NCBI GenBank assembly: GCA_018398765.1
Contig: JAHBMJ010000346.1
Span: forward strand, 1-50,010
Source: Chromera velia
Lineage: Eukaryota
Reading direction: 5' to 3'
DNA: 50,010 bases
Both the position numbers and the translations under genes were made by a program. Positions 1-12,044 of the stretch are shown here, one piece after another. Under the pieces are notes generated by a model. The model did not search any database and had not been told where the DNA came from. It saw nothing but the letters and a program-made list of their open reading frames with translations. Positions within the stretch are counted from its first letter, which is position 1. The number at the start of each line of letters is the position of its first letter.

Positions 1-1460
1 TTCGCAAAATGGACAATCGCCAACAGCTCTAACTCCCTCACTGGGTAGCGTGCCTCGGTGGGGGTCAGGCGGCGGGAGCCGAAGGCAAGCGGACGGTATG
101 CCCCTGTCTTCTGACAGCGCTGAATGGCAACTGCCCCGATGGCTTGATGCGACTGTGAGGCGTCGTGTGCAATGTAGACAGGCTGACTGGGGTCAGGCAG
201 TGCAAGGGTGGCAAGCTCAAGGACGGCTTTCTTTAGAGCAACGAATGCCTGATCGTGCACAGGCTCCCACACAAAGGGGATTGGGGTGCGGAGAAGAGAG
301 AGAAGGGGAGAAGCAACCTGGCTGTACCCCCTAACAAACTTCCGAAACCAATTCCCTAACCCCAAAAACTGATGCAGTGAAGTGTGGTCGGTCGGCTTGG
401 GGAAGTCCTGGAGTCCCTGCACCTTCTCAGGCGCAGGCCTGAATCCACCCTCACTGATGACCAGCCCTAGGAACTTGGCTTCGGTCTGGAACCAATCAGA
501 CTTCGACAGTTTGACATAGAGAGACTCATCGGCGAGGAGCTGGAGGACGGCCTCCATATCTCTCTCGTATTCCTCAGGAGTGCGGCTAAAAATCAAGAGA
601 TCATCAATAAAAACAATTACACACCTGTCTAACAAAGGGTGCAATGTCTTATTGATCATATACATGCTGATACCAGGCGTATTGCAGTAACCAAACGGTA
701 TGACCAGCCACTCAAATGTGCCGTACCTTGTTACGAAAGCAGTCTTCTCCTCATCGCCCTTAGCCACCCGGATCTGATAGAAGTATTGTCTCAAGCCAAG
801 AGACGAGAAGTACTTGGCCCCGTGCAGGCGGGAAATCGAGTTATCCGAATGCGGTAGGGGATATCTATTCCTCACACAAATCTTGTTCAGCTGCGTGTAA
901 TCAATACGCATACGCTGAGTGCCGTCAGCCTTCGTAACAAAAAGGACAGGGGCAGCAAACGGAGAGTTGGAAGCTAGGTTGAAAAGGCGGATCTGACCCT
1001 TGGCCAAGTACGACTCCAACTGTTTTTGGAGCTCATCGAGCTGCCCGTAGGTGAGCCTATACGGAGCTCGAGCAGGGGGGCGGTGACCTGGTTTGAGTTT
1101 GATGTGACACTCGACTTCCCTCTTGGGCGGGAGGGTGAGAATCTCATTTGAGAAGATGCTGAAATGCTTCTCCAGAACCTTTCTCATCCCCGGCCTCATT
1201 CCTTCCTCCTGCACCTCCCTGCAGAAATCTGTATAATCATCCGAATTGACCGGGTGATCGGGCAGGAAAGACGAGAGAGGCGGGGGCTTCTGTGTTGTGG
1301 CTCTTTGGATTCGGTTGACCTTCAGGGGGGAGGAAACGGAAGGAAGAGGGCGGACCTCAAGACGGTAGTACCAGAAGGTGGTAGATTCCTTCTTGGAAAG
1401 CCTATGGATCTCTCTGCAGGTCAGGGGCTCAGGCTCGGCCCCCAGAATGTGGTAGACTTC
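1..1460 (-). pseudogene. Gypsy pol: reverse transcriptase plus RNase H (partial)
   Basis: Open frame to the window edge, so absent from the ORF track: PPKREVECHIKL..PYRL..YPLP..TAFVTRYGTFEWLVIPFG..FIDD..FLGLGNWFRKFV..DAS. The first catalytic Asp appears lost (SSLG where SxLD is expected). A frameshift separates it from the upstream frame near 1460. Confidence 0.88.
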
Positions 1461-3118
1461 GGATCCAAGTCATACAGTGTAAACTGCGACCCGGAGGGAG
1501 AACGATCTGTAGCGATGAAGAGAGACTTCGCTTCAAAATCGGGAAGGGGTTTAAAGGTTTCACAGAAGCGCATCCCCAGGACCACATCATAATCTTCGTC
1601 CAGATTGAGTACAGTCATGGTTAAGGGGGCTGCGTACTTCAAGTCCTGAATTCTCAGATCGATGTTAAGTGCCTCCCATTAGACAGCAGTCGAAGGAGCC
1701 TGCACACCATCGAGACGGATGCCCCCTTTGCACGTGGAGGGTTCCAAAGCGGACAAATGGAACTCCCCAGTCTTAACGACTCTCTTGCTCACATAAATGG
1801 AGTCCGCCCCTGGATCCCAGAGGGCACGGATCGGGATGCCATTCGCTGTGCCGTGGAAGGTGATCAATTTCCCCCTCCTGCCTGTCCTACCCCCGGTCGT
1901 GGAGTACATCCCTCTCGGGGGTGTATTCTGCTGCTGGCGCTGTGACCACTGGGGAGGGTTCCCTTGGAACTACGGTCACCGTGGTGGGCACAGTCCAGGG
2001 GGGGGCGTAAGCCCTTGCGGGATGACTGGGTTCCCCCACTGCCCTTGCACCGAACCACCGTAGTGCTGCTACACCCCACTCTGTAGGTTGTGCATACATC
2101 CCTGACCTTCGTAGAAATTTCTCTGACCCTCATGACCCCTAGGACCCTGTTATTGCTGTTGCTGCTTGCGGTTCCTACACTGGCGTGCAGAGTGTCCCAC
2201 CGCATGACAATTGAAGCACCTATTCTCCTGAATGTGCCTCTTGATCTCATCTTGGGAAAGGAAATAAATTTGGGAGATTCGGTTGAGATCCATTGGGACG
2301 GGCCCATCGTTCGATTGGGACTAAGGTCACAAAGGCGGGTGCGAATCGCTGTGTCCGTCTTTACCCTGGCCCCCGTAGTCTTTCTTTCTCCCCCCACTCA
2401 ACAGCTGCTCGGCCTCCTCTGCATCCTTCATCGCAGTATCGAGACTGTCAGGCTTCCTTCTCACTTCCTTCTTCACCTCATCCGGAAGGCCCCGAATGTA
2501 GTCGTATATTAAATCGATCTTACTCACATCAACGATTCCTTCTGCAATATCGTTGAATCGGACAGAGTACTTGTGAACCCCCTCATTGCCCTGACAACGG
2601 ACGTTTCGGACTTCCCCTCTCAAGTCTGTTTGTTTGTTGGGATCGGGAAAACGCTCGGACAGACGGGTGAAGAGATCTTCTACGTTGACAAAAGGAGAGG
2701 CGGACTTCTCCGTCTTGTTATACTATTGCTTGAGGAATCGGGAGAAGTATTGATGCACCGACCCCAACTGCTTCGACACCTGAATGTCTGAGAGCTGTAT
2801 GTATTTCCTCATATCCGCGACCCAACCTTCGAGCAACTTCCGGTCCCCATGAAACACCGGCGGCTCTTTTGCCTTGAAGTTCGACCGCTGGGGAGGCGGA
2901 GAAGTCGGCTGTTGATTCATTCACCGCTGCTGTTGCTGCTGTTCTGGTGTCTGCTGCTGCTGTTGATAGATTGGGCCCCCGTCGGTGGCTGTTTGTTACT
3001 GCTGTGCTCCCAAAGCGTCCATCTGTTGTTGCTAAAGTTGTTGCGTCTCCTGCACCTGGATCATCTGCTGCTGCATGAATTGCTGCCCCTCCAGCAATTG
3101 CTGTAGAACCTGCTCCAT
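1461..3118 (-). pseudogene. Gypsy gag-protease, Gln-rich, interrupted by 11 in-frame stops
   Basis: ATG at 3118 (MEQVLQQLLEGQQ..). ORF fragments 2723-2920, 2327-2623, 1679-1909 and 1421-1642 are all in one frame. CCHC knuckle at about 2175-2216. Confidence 0.88.
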
Positions 3119-3221
3119 CGAGAGAGAGTCTTGGGAGAAGAATAGAATTCACTTACCAAGAAAGAAGATGACTGTTACATTATCAGACCGAGCAACAGAG
3201 ATCCTGGAGAGATCAACCAGG

Positions 3222-3579
3222 CTCTGTTGCTACCACATAAGGAGATAACTCCTCTTTTCCTAAGTGAGCGCACTTAGTTCAGTTAGATCTCTACGACGGA
3301 AAGTCTGTCAGTTCAAGGTTCACTTCCAAACTGCTTCTAGAAGCTTTGCAAGCAACTGTTGTTTACTCAATCCAGGCTATACGTAGCTGACTGAATTAAT
3401 TCCATTTTATTTCTATTTTATTTAATTCTCTTCTAATACAGACTGGCATGGTGGCGCCTCCATGAGCCTGCGTGCATGTGTTGGTCTCTGAGTTGCGGGC
3501 GTCCCGTACGGTGGCGGTGCGCGTTAGTTCGGCTCACCCCGGGATTGGCCGGTCCCGTGGCTCGCCTCACTATGTTACG
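3222..3579 (-). repeat. Putative primer-binding site (3222-3235) and 5' LTR (about 3236-3579) of the gypsy element
   Basis: Minus strand reads TGGTAGCAACAGAG, resembling a tRNA-iMet PBS (TGGTAGCAGAG) with 3 extra nt, just upstream of gag. Candidate LTR ends are CGTAA...TTATG rather than TG...CA. The partner LTR is outside the window. Confidence 0.45.
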
Positions 3580-3938
3580 TAAAGGGTAATAGAGAAAAAT
3601 ATAAACAGACTTAATAAGATTGAGTTTGATTGACTGAAAGAAGTATAGGTCATATAGGTAAAACGACTAAGTTCCGTCAAGCTATGATGGCCGGTTAGAA
3701 GATTTAGATTGAATAAAAAACAAAATTGGAATCATTCATATACTCAGAAACACATATTCTAACAATATTTCACTCAACTTTACTAAATAAATGAAATTCA
3801 ATAGTGAATTGAGACAAATATTTCAATATGTAGCTTCAATGTATTTTCTAGTACTTTCATATCAGCCAGATCATTCAACGTATGATTCAAGAAAAGTTTG
3901 TGTCAGAACTGTGCAGAGAGGAGTGTATATACTGCACG

Positions 3939-3996
3939 GGGAATATAAGTACTCCAAGCTTTCACTGGGAATATAAGTACCCCAAGCTTTCACTGG
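3939..3996. repeat. 28-bp tandem duplication
   Basis: GGGAATATAAGTAC(T/C)CCAAGCTTTCACT x2, differing by one C/T. Confidence 0.85.
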
Positions 3997-4371
3997 TCTC
4001 AGGCCTTTTTTCCACAGGTGTTTCCATCGAGGCCACGGCAACACCGGTGGCGTGGGGGAGGGATCGGCATGTTTTCACCGAACACAAATTGAAAACATGG
4101 GAGGAACTAGGGGAGGAAGTCCCCGCAAAGCAACCGGGTGGCAACAACACTCATCAACGGACGCTTTTCCCAGTGCCTTTCTTTCCAATCTGAGTCCCAA
4201 AGACTCATTGCGTTTTCATCAACAATTAACAAGCGAGTTTCTTCTCTCTGGGAATTCGTCCAATTCTACAAAGGCTCTCCTCCCCACCCCAGCCTATCCG
4301 TCTGCCTGCCAGCTGCCTGCCTCCGTCTTTGTGCCTCTCGAACCTAGATTGCTACCACCACGCCTCCATCC

Positions 4372-5997
4372 CTATCTGAATTTCTCCTTCGTTTTTCCTC
4401 CTTTCTTCTCTCCTTCCCTCCCATCCCCCCTGTAGGACAAAACGGACTCCTCAGAAGACGAGTACGCACTCTCCCTCCCACTTTCTCTCTCTCGCTCACG
4501 CTGTCGCGCTTTGCTGCCACTCCCTTTTTTCGATGGCATGCCCCCATTCCTATACCCTGTCCGACTCTCCCTTGAGCTATCTGTTTCGCTCTGATGGTCC
4601 CTTTCCCTTTCCCGTGGCCGTTGATGCCCCCTCCCCCCTTTCTCAAACTGTCCCTCACCAGACTGCCCCGCCTCCCCCGCATTTGAATTCGAATTCGATA
4701 AACGCCTCCCTGAGGAGACGGCAGAGGGACAGCCGTCTCGAGAACGCGAACGCCGTCTCGGCTGGCTGCTCGGGGCCGGCGTCCGTCTCCACGCAGAAGA
4801 GGAAGAGGATGCAGGGGGGGGACGCGGAGACGTCCCGTTGAGCTTCCCCCACCTCACATCATCCCCTGCATCCCCTCCCTCTCCCCCCCTGCCCCTGTAA
4901 CGCAACTTCTCTCCCGCATCTCTGCCTTCCCCCTCCTCTGCACTGGGGGGGGCGCTCTCATCATCAGAATCCCCCAACCCCCACCCCCCGGGGCCATCGA
5001 AGCCCTCGTCTGACAGGTCGTCCCCGTCTCCGCCCCCCCCCCCGTTTGCACGGAGTCGCGCATGGCGCTCAAAATACGCCATTTCTTCTGGGTTGTCTGG
5101 GAGGGCTGGTTCGAACAGATTGGTTTCAATCTGAGGTGGCACAGGCATCAGCCATGTGATCCAATTCTTTCCATAGACCTCCGTGACATGGTCCATGAAC
5201 CTCCTTTGGAACCCGTGAGTCCTCTGGTAGGACTCCACGAGGGTCGAGTTCGTGGTCAGGGCTTCGAACTGCTCCATGAGAAAATCCATGGTGAAACAGA
5301 CAAAAAACAGACACTCGACCGCTACAAGAATCAGACAAATGATACACACAGCGTTGCTTTGCGATACGGCAATCGGGGCAGGTGCCGACTGCTTTACAGA
5401 CGTTTGAAACATCCACCTAAGCAACGCATACGTCAGCACAAAAAGCGCTGTACCACTCGACAGCGCTGTATACATCAGAAAATTGATGAAGTGCTTCTGA
5501 TTTCGGAACCCCACGCAATTGTTCACCCATGGACAGTGGTGGTCCATTCTGAAGACGCAGAAACGGCACGTCTTGCAGTGGTGGGCTCTCGGGGGCTTCC
5601 ATCGGTTTTTGCATTCCCTGCAGGTGCGGGCCCTCGGGGGGGACCCCGGCAATGGGGGGTCGTTCTGTGACGCTGCAACCTTGTACGCCTTCTCCAATTC
5701 TCTCAAAGGGGGCTCTGGGGGGGCCTTCGCGTGATGAAGGGACCCGGGGTCAGTGAAGATTGCCATCAGATGGGAGAGGAAGGCAAAGAGCAGACACAGC
5801 TGCCAGAAAATCCAGACGACCAGGGGACGAAAATTCAACTGGAGGCCGGGGAAGCAGGAGGGGAGGACCTTCAGACCGCTGGAGACGCTGAAGGAATTCA
5901 CAAAGATGCACTGAGTCACCACAACATCGGCAAAGATCATCAACACCCATGTGGCAATGGAGAAAAAAATGCCCAATGGGTCCCAGATGAAGTGCAT
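4372..5997 (-). CDS. DHHC-type S-palmitoyltransferase, single exon, with long low-complexity C-terminal tail
   Basis: CRECKNRWKPPRAHHCKTCRFCVFRMDHHCPWVNNCVG Cys-rich domain, DPG motif, four hydrophobic segments and a TTxE-like STLVE. First in-frame ATG is 5997; the track's 6057 start is TTG. Confidence 0.95.
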   Translation of the reverse strand: MHFIWDPLGIFFSIATWVLMIFADVVVTQCIFVNSFSVSSGLKVLPSCFPGLQLNFRPLVVWIFWQLCLLFAFLSHLMAIFTDPGSLHHAKAPPEPPLRELEKAYKVAASQNDPPLPGSPPRARTCRECKNRWKPPRAHHCKTCRFCVFRMDHHCPWVNNCVGFRNQKHFINFLMYTALSSGTALFVLTYALLRWMFQTSVKQSAPAPIAVSQSNAVCIICLILVAVECLFFVCFTMDFLMEQFEALTTNSTLVESYQRTHGFQRRFMDHVTEVYGKNWITWLMPVPPQIETNLFEPALPDNPEEMAYFERHARLRANGGGGGDGDDLSDEGFDGPGGWGLGDSDDESAPPSAEEGEGRDAGEKLRYRGRGGEGGDAGDDVRWGKLNGTSPRPPPASSSSSAWRRTPAPSSQPRRRSRSRDGCPSAVSSGRRLSNSNSNAGEAGQSGEGQFEKGGRGHQRPRERERDHQSETDSSRESRTGYRNGGMPSKKGSGSKARQRERERESGRESAYSSSEESVLSYRGDGREGEKKGGKTKEKFR

Positions 5998-6705
5998 CTC
6001 TTTTAATTCAGCGGCTAACGATGCGCTTCCCTCACGGCTGCCTTTGCATGTGTACAAACAAACTCGCTACTGAGGGCTATCAGTGGAGGATTTCTCGCGT
6101 CTCTTCCGAGGACTCACTCCCTTCGAGACTCTGCTTCGCACAGGCGAAACTGGCTCAAAAGCCGATGCTCACCGATGATCAGCATCGTTCGCTGTAGATC
6201 GTTGTGAGAAATTGTTGCGATCAAATGACGCAGTGCTCATTGTTGGTGATTCGAGTCTGAAGTAGTGAGCCATATTGAGCAGGTGTCCCGTCTCGTGTCA
6301 TAAAGAAGGTACGTGCAACACGCGGAGTTAGGGACCCGCGGGCCCAGAAGGCAGATTGTGCGTAGGTTGTCCCGGAAACTTATATATACTCTCACGGCCC
6401 AGAAAAGAGATTTGGCCGCCCGTCACATGCATGTATATCTCTGAGACCGCTATTACGAATCATCTATATTCAATCCCGTACTCCCACACACTTCAACAAC
6501 CTGAAACCTGCAGATGTACTGGGGTCTGCTCTCTATGCAACTTTCAGACCGCAGGAAGGCCCGTGTGTCTTGATCTCCCGCTTCTTTTTTGTCAAGACTT
6601 GACAGACAATATAACCCATCAAAGCGCAGCAGTGTTGTTCAGACTGACATCTTGATTGAGTGAGTGGCGAAAGAAAGAGATCTCACCTATCCACCACAGA
6701 GAAGG

Positions 6706-7600
6706 ATGACTGAGCCTTCACCACAGCCAGAATCTTTGGACGTCGCCCCGGCATCTGCTGCGCCTGCTGGAGAACCCACAGCTCCAGCCGCAGCAGATGC
6801 AGCCAGTCTTCCTCCCCATTCGGAGAGCCCCTCTGCCCCGGGGGACGCACCGCCTTCCCCTTCCCCCCCAAAGACAGCCCCAGATGTCCCAGATAGTGGA
6901 GGTGCAGGTGTTAAAGCAGATGTATGGAGTGAGTTTGCAGAGAAGGTGAAGGCCAAGGTAAAGGAGTTTCCAGTCCTCGAGTATGATCCGGAGACGGACC
7001 CAGAGCTTTTGGAAGCGAAACGGAAGGCAGAAGAGGCAACTGATGAAGGGTCCGGGGAACCGTCAGAGCCGCCGGAAGCATCAAGATCGGTGATGCCAAT
7101 TACTCCTCGGAGCACACGCACACCACGTAAAAGTTCGTCCGATGGTTCTTGCTTGTATATCCCTACCAAGGTTTTGTATCTGTATCTTCTCTTCCTCTAG
7201 CTCATTACCAGGCCTCCCTCTTACCTTCCCCACGATCCGTGCTTGCACAGGAACCTCGTCCTTTCTGCCTCTCTCCTGCCCCCCTTCCTATGTTTCCCCT
7301 TCGCTCTGTCCTGGCGGGTCACCCCCCTGCCATGCATATATATATGCGTACCCCTCTTTTTGCTCCTTCATTTCTCTCAAGTGTTGAGAAATGCGGGAGC
7401 GAGCGTGTCTTCTGGTACAGGCAAATCCTGGCTTGTGAAGTGAACCAAGGAAGCCTTCCTCTTCTCCTTTTATTCTCTTTTCTGCTCTGCCTTTTATCTG
7501 TGCAGCCGAGGACAGACCTCCAGGGGAGCTCGATAACTCGGGCATTGCACCCGAGGCTGCATTCTACCGATTTGCAGGCAAAAGGATTCAAGAAGGCCGT

Positions 7601-7679
<79 letters not shown>

Positions 7680-10079
7680 CGTTTATCTCTCCGTCCAAGC
7701 ACCTCTTCGGGTTCCCCCCACACAGCAGGCCTGCTGGATCATCCCTCCTCCCCCCTACTCGACCCCTTCGCTTCTGATCTGTCCCCTGCTCTTTTGCTTT
7801 CCTTTCCAGATGCATCGACTGCATGACTCTATTATTTGTAGGGGCGTTCCTCTTTCTCACCCTTCGTTTTCTACGCCTCCTGCGACGTGCTCGTTTCCTC
7901 CTTGCTTCACGGAGCATTTCCAGAAGCTTGCTCCTCCTCTCAGAAGCCATTCTATAGAAACAATTTTCCTCATCTTGGCGTGCTTGGTTCTGTCTGCATG
8001 GACTGTCCGTCTGAATTTGCAGTGGATTTCCGGCCCCGGCTTGACGTTGTAATTCAGCAGTTGGAGGAACAGAGCAGGTTTGAAGTCGGTAAGTCGTGCA
8101 TGAAGGGAGAAGGGGGGGGGGGGAGGACACGAAACAGGTACACCGAAATTCAGTGTGTGAAGGAGAGACTTGGAGAATGGATAAAAGGGTGAATGAGGGA
8201 GGAAAGCTGGAAACACAATCTCAAAAACGAGAGATGAATCGGGCCCTTGCCTTCTTTTCTTCCATCCCCTGTGTCTTCAATGTCTCTCCTCGCTTTCTTT
8301 CACATCATTCCCTTTGTTCTTCTTCTCTGTATCATCGCTCTTCTCTTCTGCTTTCCTTCCCTGCTTGTTCCCCTGTCAACCTACCGACAGGAAGCTCCTA
8401 CTGGCCACGGGAGACTCCCATAGAAAGGTGCGGTGAGGTAGATGTCTTGAATGTCTGGGTGACTCGACTCGCCCATGCAACCGGCCAGGCATTTCTTTCC
8501 TTCTCGCTTCCTCCTTCCTCTCCTTATTCAATTCAATTTGGGATCCTGATGGTTCATCTGGAGTTCCTTCCTGTCCGCCAAGAGGGCAAAGGATGAGGGG
8601 CTCTCCTCGAAGAAAAGAAATTGAGCGGAGTGACAGTTTGAAGGAAGGACAAGGCACGAGAGACAAAAAAATGAGATCTCCTGTCGCCGTTTTTTTTGGT
8701 TCGAGAGAAGGGTGCTGCTGCGATAGAAAGGGGCACTCAGTCCATGAATGCGTCCCACGGGGTTTGTGCCTCTCTGATTTTGTGTGTGTATGTGCAGACT
8801 CCAGAGACTTCGAAAGGAGGTCCCTGAGACGATCGCAGCGGTGGTGCGTTTTCTTTTCTTTGCTCGTACTCTTAGTTTGGTTTGATACAATACTTGCGCC
8901 TTTCTTCGCTCATCCACAATTTGTATGTCCTGGAGGCTCTTTGGGGCTCGCTTTTCGTCTCTTTTTTTCGACGGCTTGGAATGACATCAGCGGGCTCTCC
9001 TCTGTCTCTCTCTCAAAAGCCCTTCACAATACCTCTCCTCCACATATGCTTGCTGAGCAATTTTGTGGTCTCTGGTCTGCCTTTCTCCCTGCCTGGCTGT
9101 TTTTCAGAGTCTCTTGTTGGCCTGTCGATCTGCTTGTCGGCATAACAACGTTGTTTTAGCGTGTTCGTAGTTTTTTTCTTTCCTCAGAAGCCCTTTGCAG
9201 AAGGCTTGCTCGTCGAGCACACACTGACACTGCCTGTCTGTTTTTCTGTCTGTCAAGTAGGGCAAGAAACGTGTAGAGTGCCCAGAAGGAAACCAACAGT
9301 CTGTCTCCCTGCCTGCCTGTCCGCCTGCAGAAGGAGTATCTGGCGAGTCTGGACAAATTGAAGAAGACTGTCGACTCTGGAGACGGCACTCTGGCCTCGG
9401 AGGTTTTCAAGGACTGTGAGGTCCTCAGGGGTGGGTAGGTTCGTTCGTTCGTTGACTAGAGTTTGTTTCCCTTTGGGGGGGTGGGGGGGACAGTGAAGGC
9501 GCGGGAGTGATTGAGAGTAAAACCAGAATGAGACGTAAGCCGAGATAGACGAAAGGGAAACTGCGGTGCCCCGTTTTTGTTCACGGAAGAAGAAACGGTA
9601 CCTGAAAGTGCCAGTTTTGTTTGTCTGCCTCTCATTTTTGATTGGTCATTTCTTTTGGAGATAGCGGATGATCGTTTCCTTTTCATGTCTCCTTTTTCGT
9701 CCATGGGCGGTGGCAGCGCTTGCAATCAATCCTCTTGCTCTGCATATTCCTTCGCAGTCGGGAAGGAAGCCATACCTCTTTGGCACTCTCACTCGCCCTG
9801 CCATTTTGTGAGGAAGGCACCTTTCTCTCTCTGTGTGTGCCTGCCCACCGTCTTACGGCTGGCTGCCTTTCCGTCCCTGCCTGCCCCTCTCTATGTGACT
9901 GCCCGGCAGTCAGTAGCAGTATGTCAGTGCATATCCGATGTACGGATTGATTGTTGTACATGAACGCTGCAAGGACCCTCTGTTCCTTCCTTCCTTCCTT
10001 CCTGCCTGCCTGCAGGGGCCATTCAACAAACAGACGCACATGTGAAAGTGGTTAGCAGTCCCTCTCTCCTGCCTCTTTC

Positions 10080-10111
<32 letters not shown>

Positions 10112-10705
10112 GAAGAAACATGCAGTCTGTCTGTCTACGTTGAAACTCTGCTGTTCGTGTTCCTTCTAGCGTCTGTGCCATTCTTTCGGGCGGCTTCACC
10201 TGATTGACCCCGAGAGAGAGAGAGAGAAAAAGAGGGGAGACGTCGGGGGGGTTGTCATGAGGAGCTCGAACGAACCATATTGAGGAAAAGCCATGCAAAA
10301 GAAGCGGGGACCTTCGCCCGTGACCCTGTGAAAGGGTTGCAGAGGAATTGAGGGGGAGCAGGTTCGATTGACAAAGAAAGCCAAATTTCCTGCCTGTGTG
10401 TGACCCACCTCAGAGGGGGAATGCGAGAAGACAAGAGAAGTCAAGGAGAGAGAGAGAGAGATAAGGGGAAAGCCCTCGTGCTGCTCTCAGACTCTCCTTC
10501 AATCTGTGTGCTTTTCCGTCTGTGGCTTTGCCTTTTCGTTGCATTATCCACCTGACTCTGCATTTACCTGATTGGTCGCTCGCTTGCTTGCAGCTGGCGA
10601 CTCATGACCCTCTATTTCGTCGAGAGTTCTATGGGTCGAATAGCGCTGGGGGGAAGAAGGCGCTGCATGATTTATGCGGAAGTGAAGCGGGACCTGTAAG
10701 TCGAC

Positions 10706-10758
<53 letters not shown>

Positions 10759-12002
10759 TGCGTGCGTGCTTCTCTCCGGGTGATCGCTTTCGTTTGAGCG
10801 TGCTTTGACAGCACTTTCTCTTTTCAAAGGCCCTGTTTGTCTGCGTGCGTCTCCATTTCAATTTGGAGTCTGGACGCGGTCTCCCTGTCCACACACAGCG
10901 TTTGCTTTTTGCATTCTCTCCTGTCGAGATTCTGCCGTTTCTGTTTTAATTCTTCTTCCTTCTCTCCTATCTCTCTGTCGTCTGTGATGCCCCCCTGCAG
11001 ATGAGGGTGCTGATGTCGAAGCTGGCGGCGGTGCAGAACCACGCAGAGCGTACGAGACAGGTATTCCTGTCGGGGGAGGAACCTGTGCCCTCGGCCTCCT
11101 CTGTCCCTGTTGGGGCACAGGCAGAGAAGGGGAAGGAAGAGGAGGGGGAGGGGGCCACCGAAGAGGAGAAGAAACGGCATAGGTAGGCAGCTGCGAAGTC
11201 GCCCAATTTGTTTTCTCTTTGACTTTTGGAGATTGGTTGAGTCGAGATTTTTTTTTCAACTGTCACTTTGCACAGCACTTTTCTGATCTCCAGCTGCCTG
11301 ATTGAATCAACCAGAAGAGAAAAACCATGTGTTGACCTCTCGATCTTTGTTTTGTTGCCCTGCCCCCAACTGCGTCGTCTTTCTATTTATGCCCAAACGC
11401 AGGGAAAGTCGGGCAGAGGCGCTAAAGAACCTCGGAAGGGGGGTGGTGTACCAGCTGCCTTCGGGAGATGGTCAGTGAGTTATGGGGTTCGTACAAGGGG
11501 AGAGACGTGTGATTTTGTGCGCCTTTGCTTACTTCTTTCCCTCCTTCCTCCCTCCTTAGTCTTCCTCTCTTCTGACAGACCATTTTCTTCTCACCCTCGT
11601 TCTGCCCTCTGCTGTCTCTCTGGTTTGTCTTGCTGTCAAGACAGCGACCTGGCCGTCCCTGAAAGACTCCACTCGATTCGGCAAGTCTTTCCTGTATTTT
11701 TCCTGTTTCTTTGACTGCCCCCTCAGGCCATTTGAGTGCTGCGCGTGATGACCGCCTGGAGCGAGTGGAGAGGATGGAGAAGAGAGTCAACGGTGGGTCG
11801 TTTGGGCGGTCGTTCACTTTTTCTTTCGTTTGTGACCAGAGACAGTGAGGGGGAAAAAAGAGACCGCGCTTAGGCACCACCAACAGGAGAAGCAACGATA
11901 CACCATGAAAGGGTGCTGCTGCTGCGAGACGACGCTCGCATAAAAGAGTCCTCCTCTTACACATATTCGTGCAAGCATCTAATTTCAGTTTCAACATCTG
12001 TC

Positions 12003-12044
<42 letters not shown>

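Larger units (their letters stand above)
1..3579 (-). mobile_element. Degenerate Ty3/gypsy LTR retrotransposon (putative 5' LTR, PBS, gag, protease, RT, RNase H; runs off the left edge)
   Basis: Minus-strand translation gives domains in gypsy order: gag (GPVPMDLN, knuckle CFNCHAVGHSARQC), protease (ALWDPGA), RT (APVLFV..RMRIDY..FIDDLLI) and RNase H (HDAS..IGAV..RELELLAIV). Confidence 0.93.

Noticed and set aside
1679..3118. TAA/TAG inside Gln runs suggesting a ciliate-type genetic code or programmed readthrough
   Set aside because: Host exons contain no in-frame TAR, and host genes end in TAG (4372, 18359) and TAA (32015). TGA stops also interrupt the same frames. Mutation explains the pattern better.
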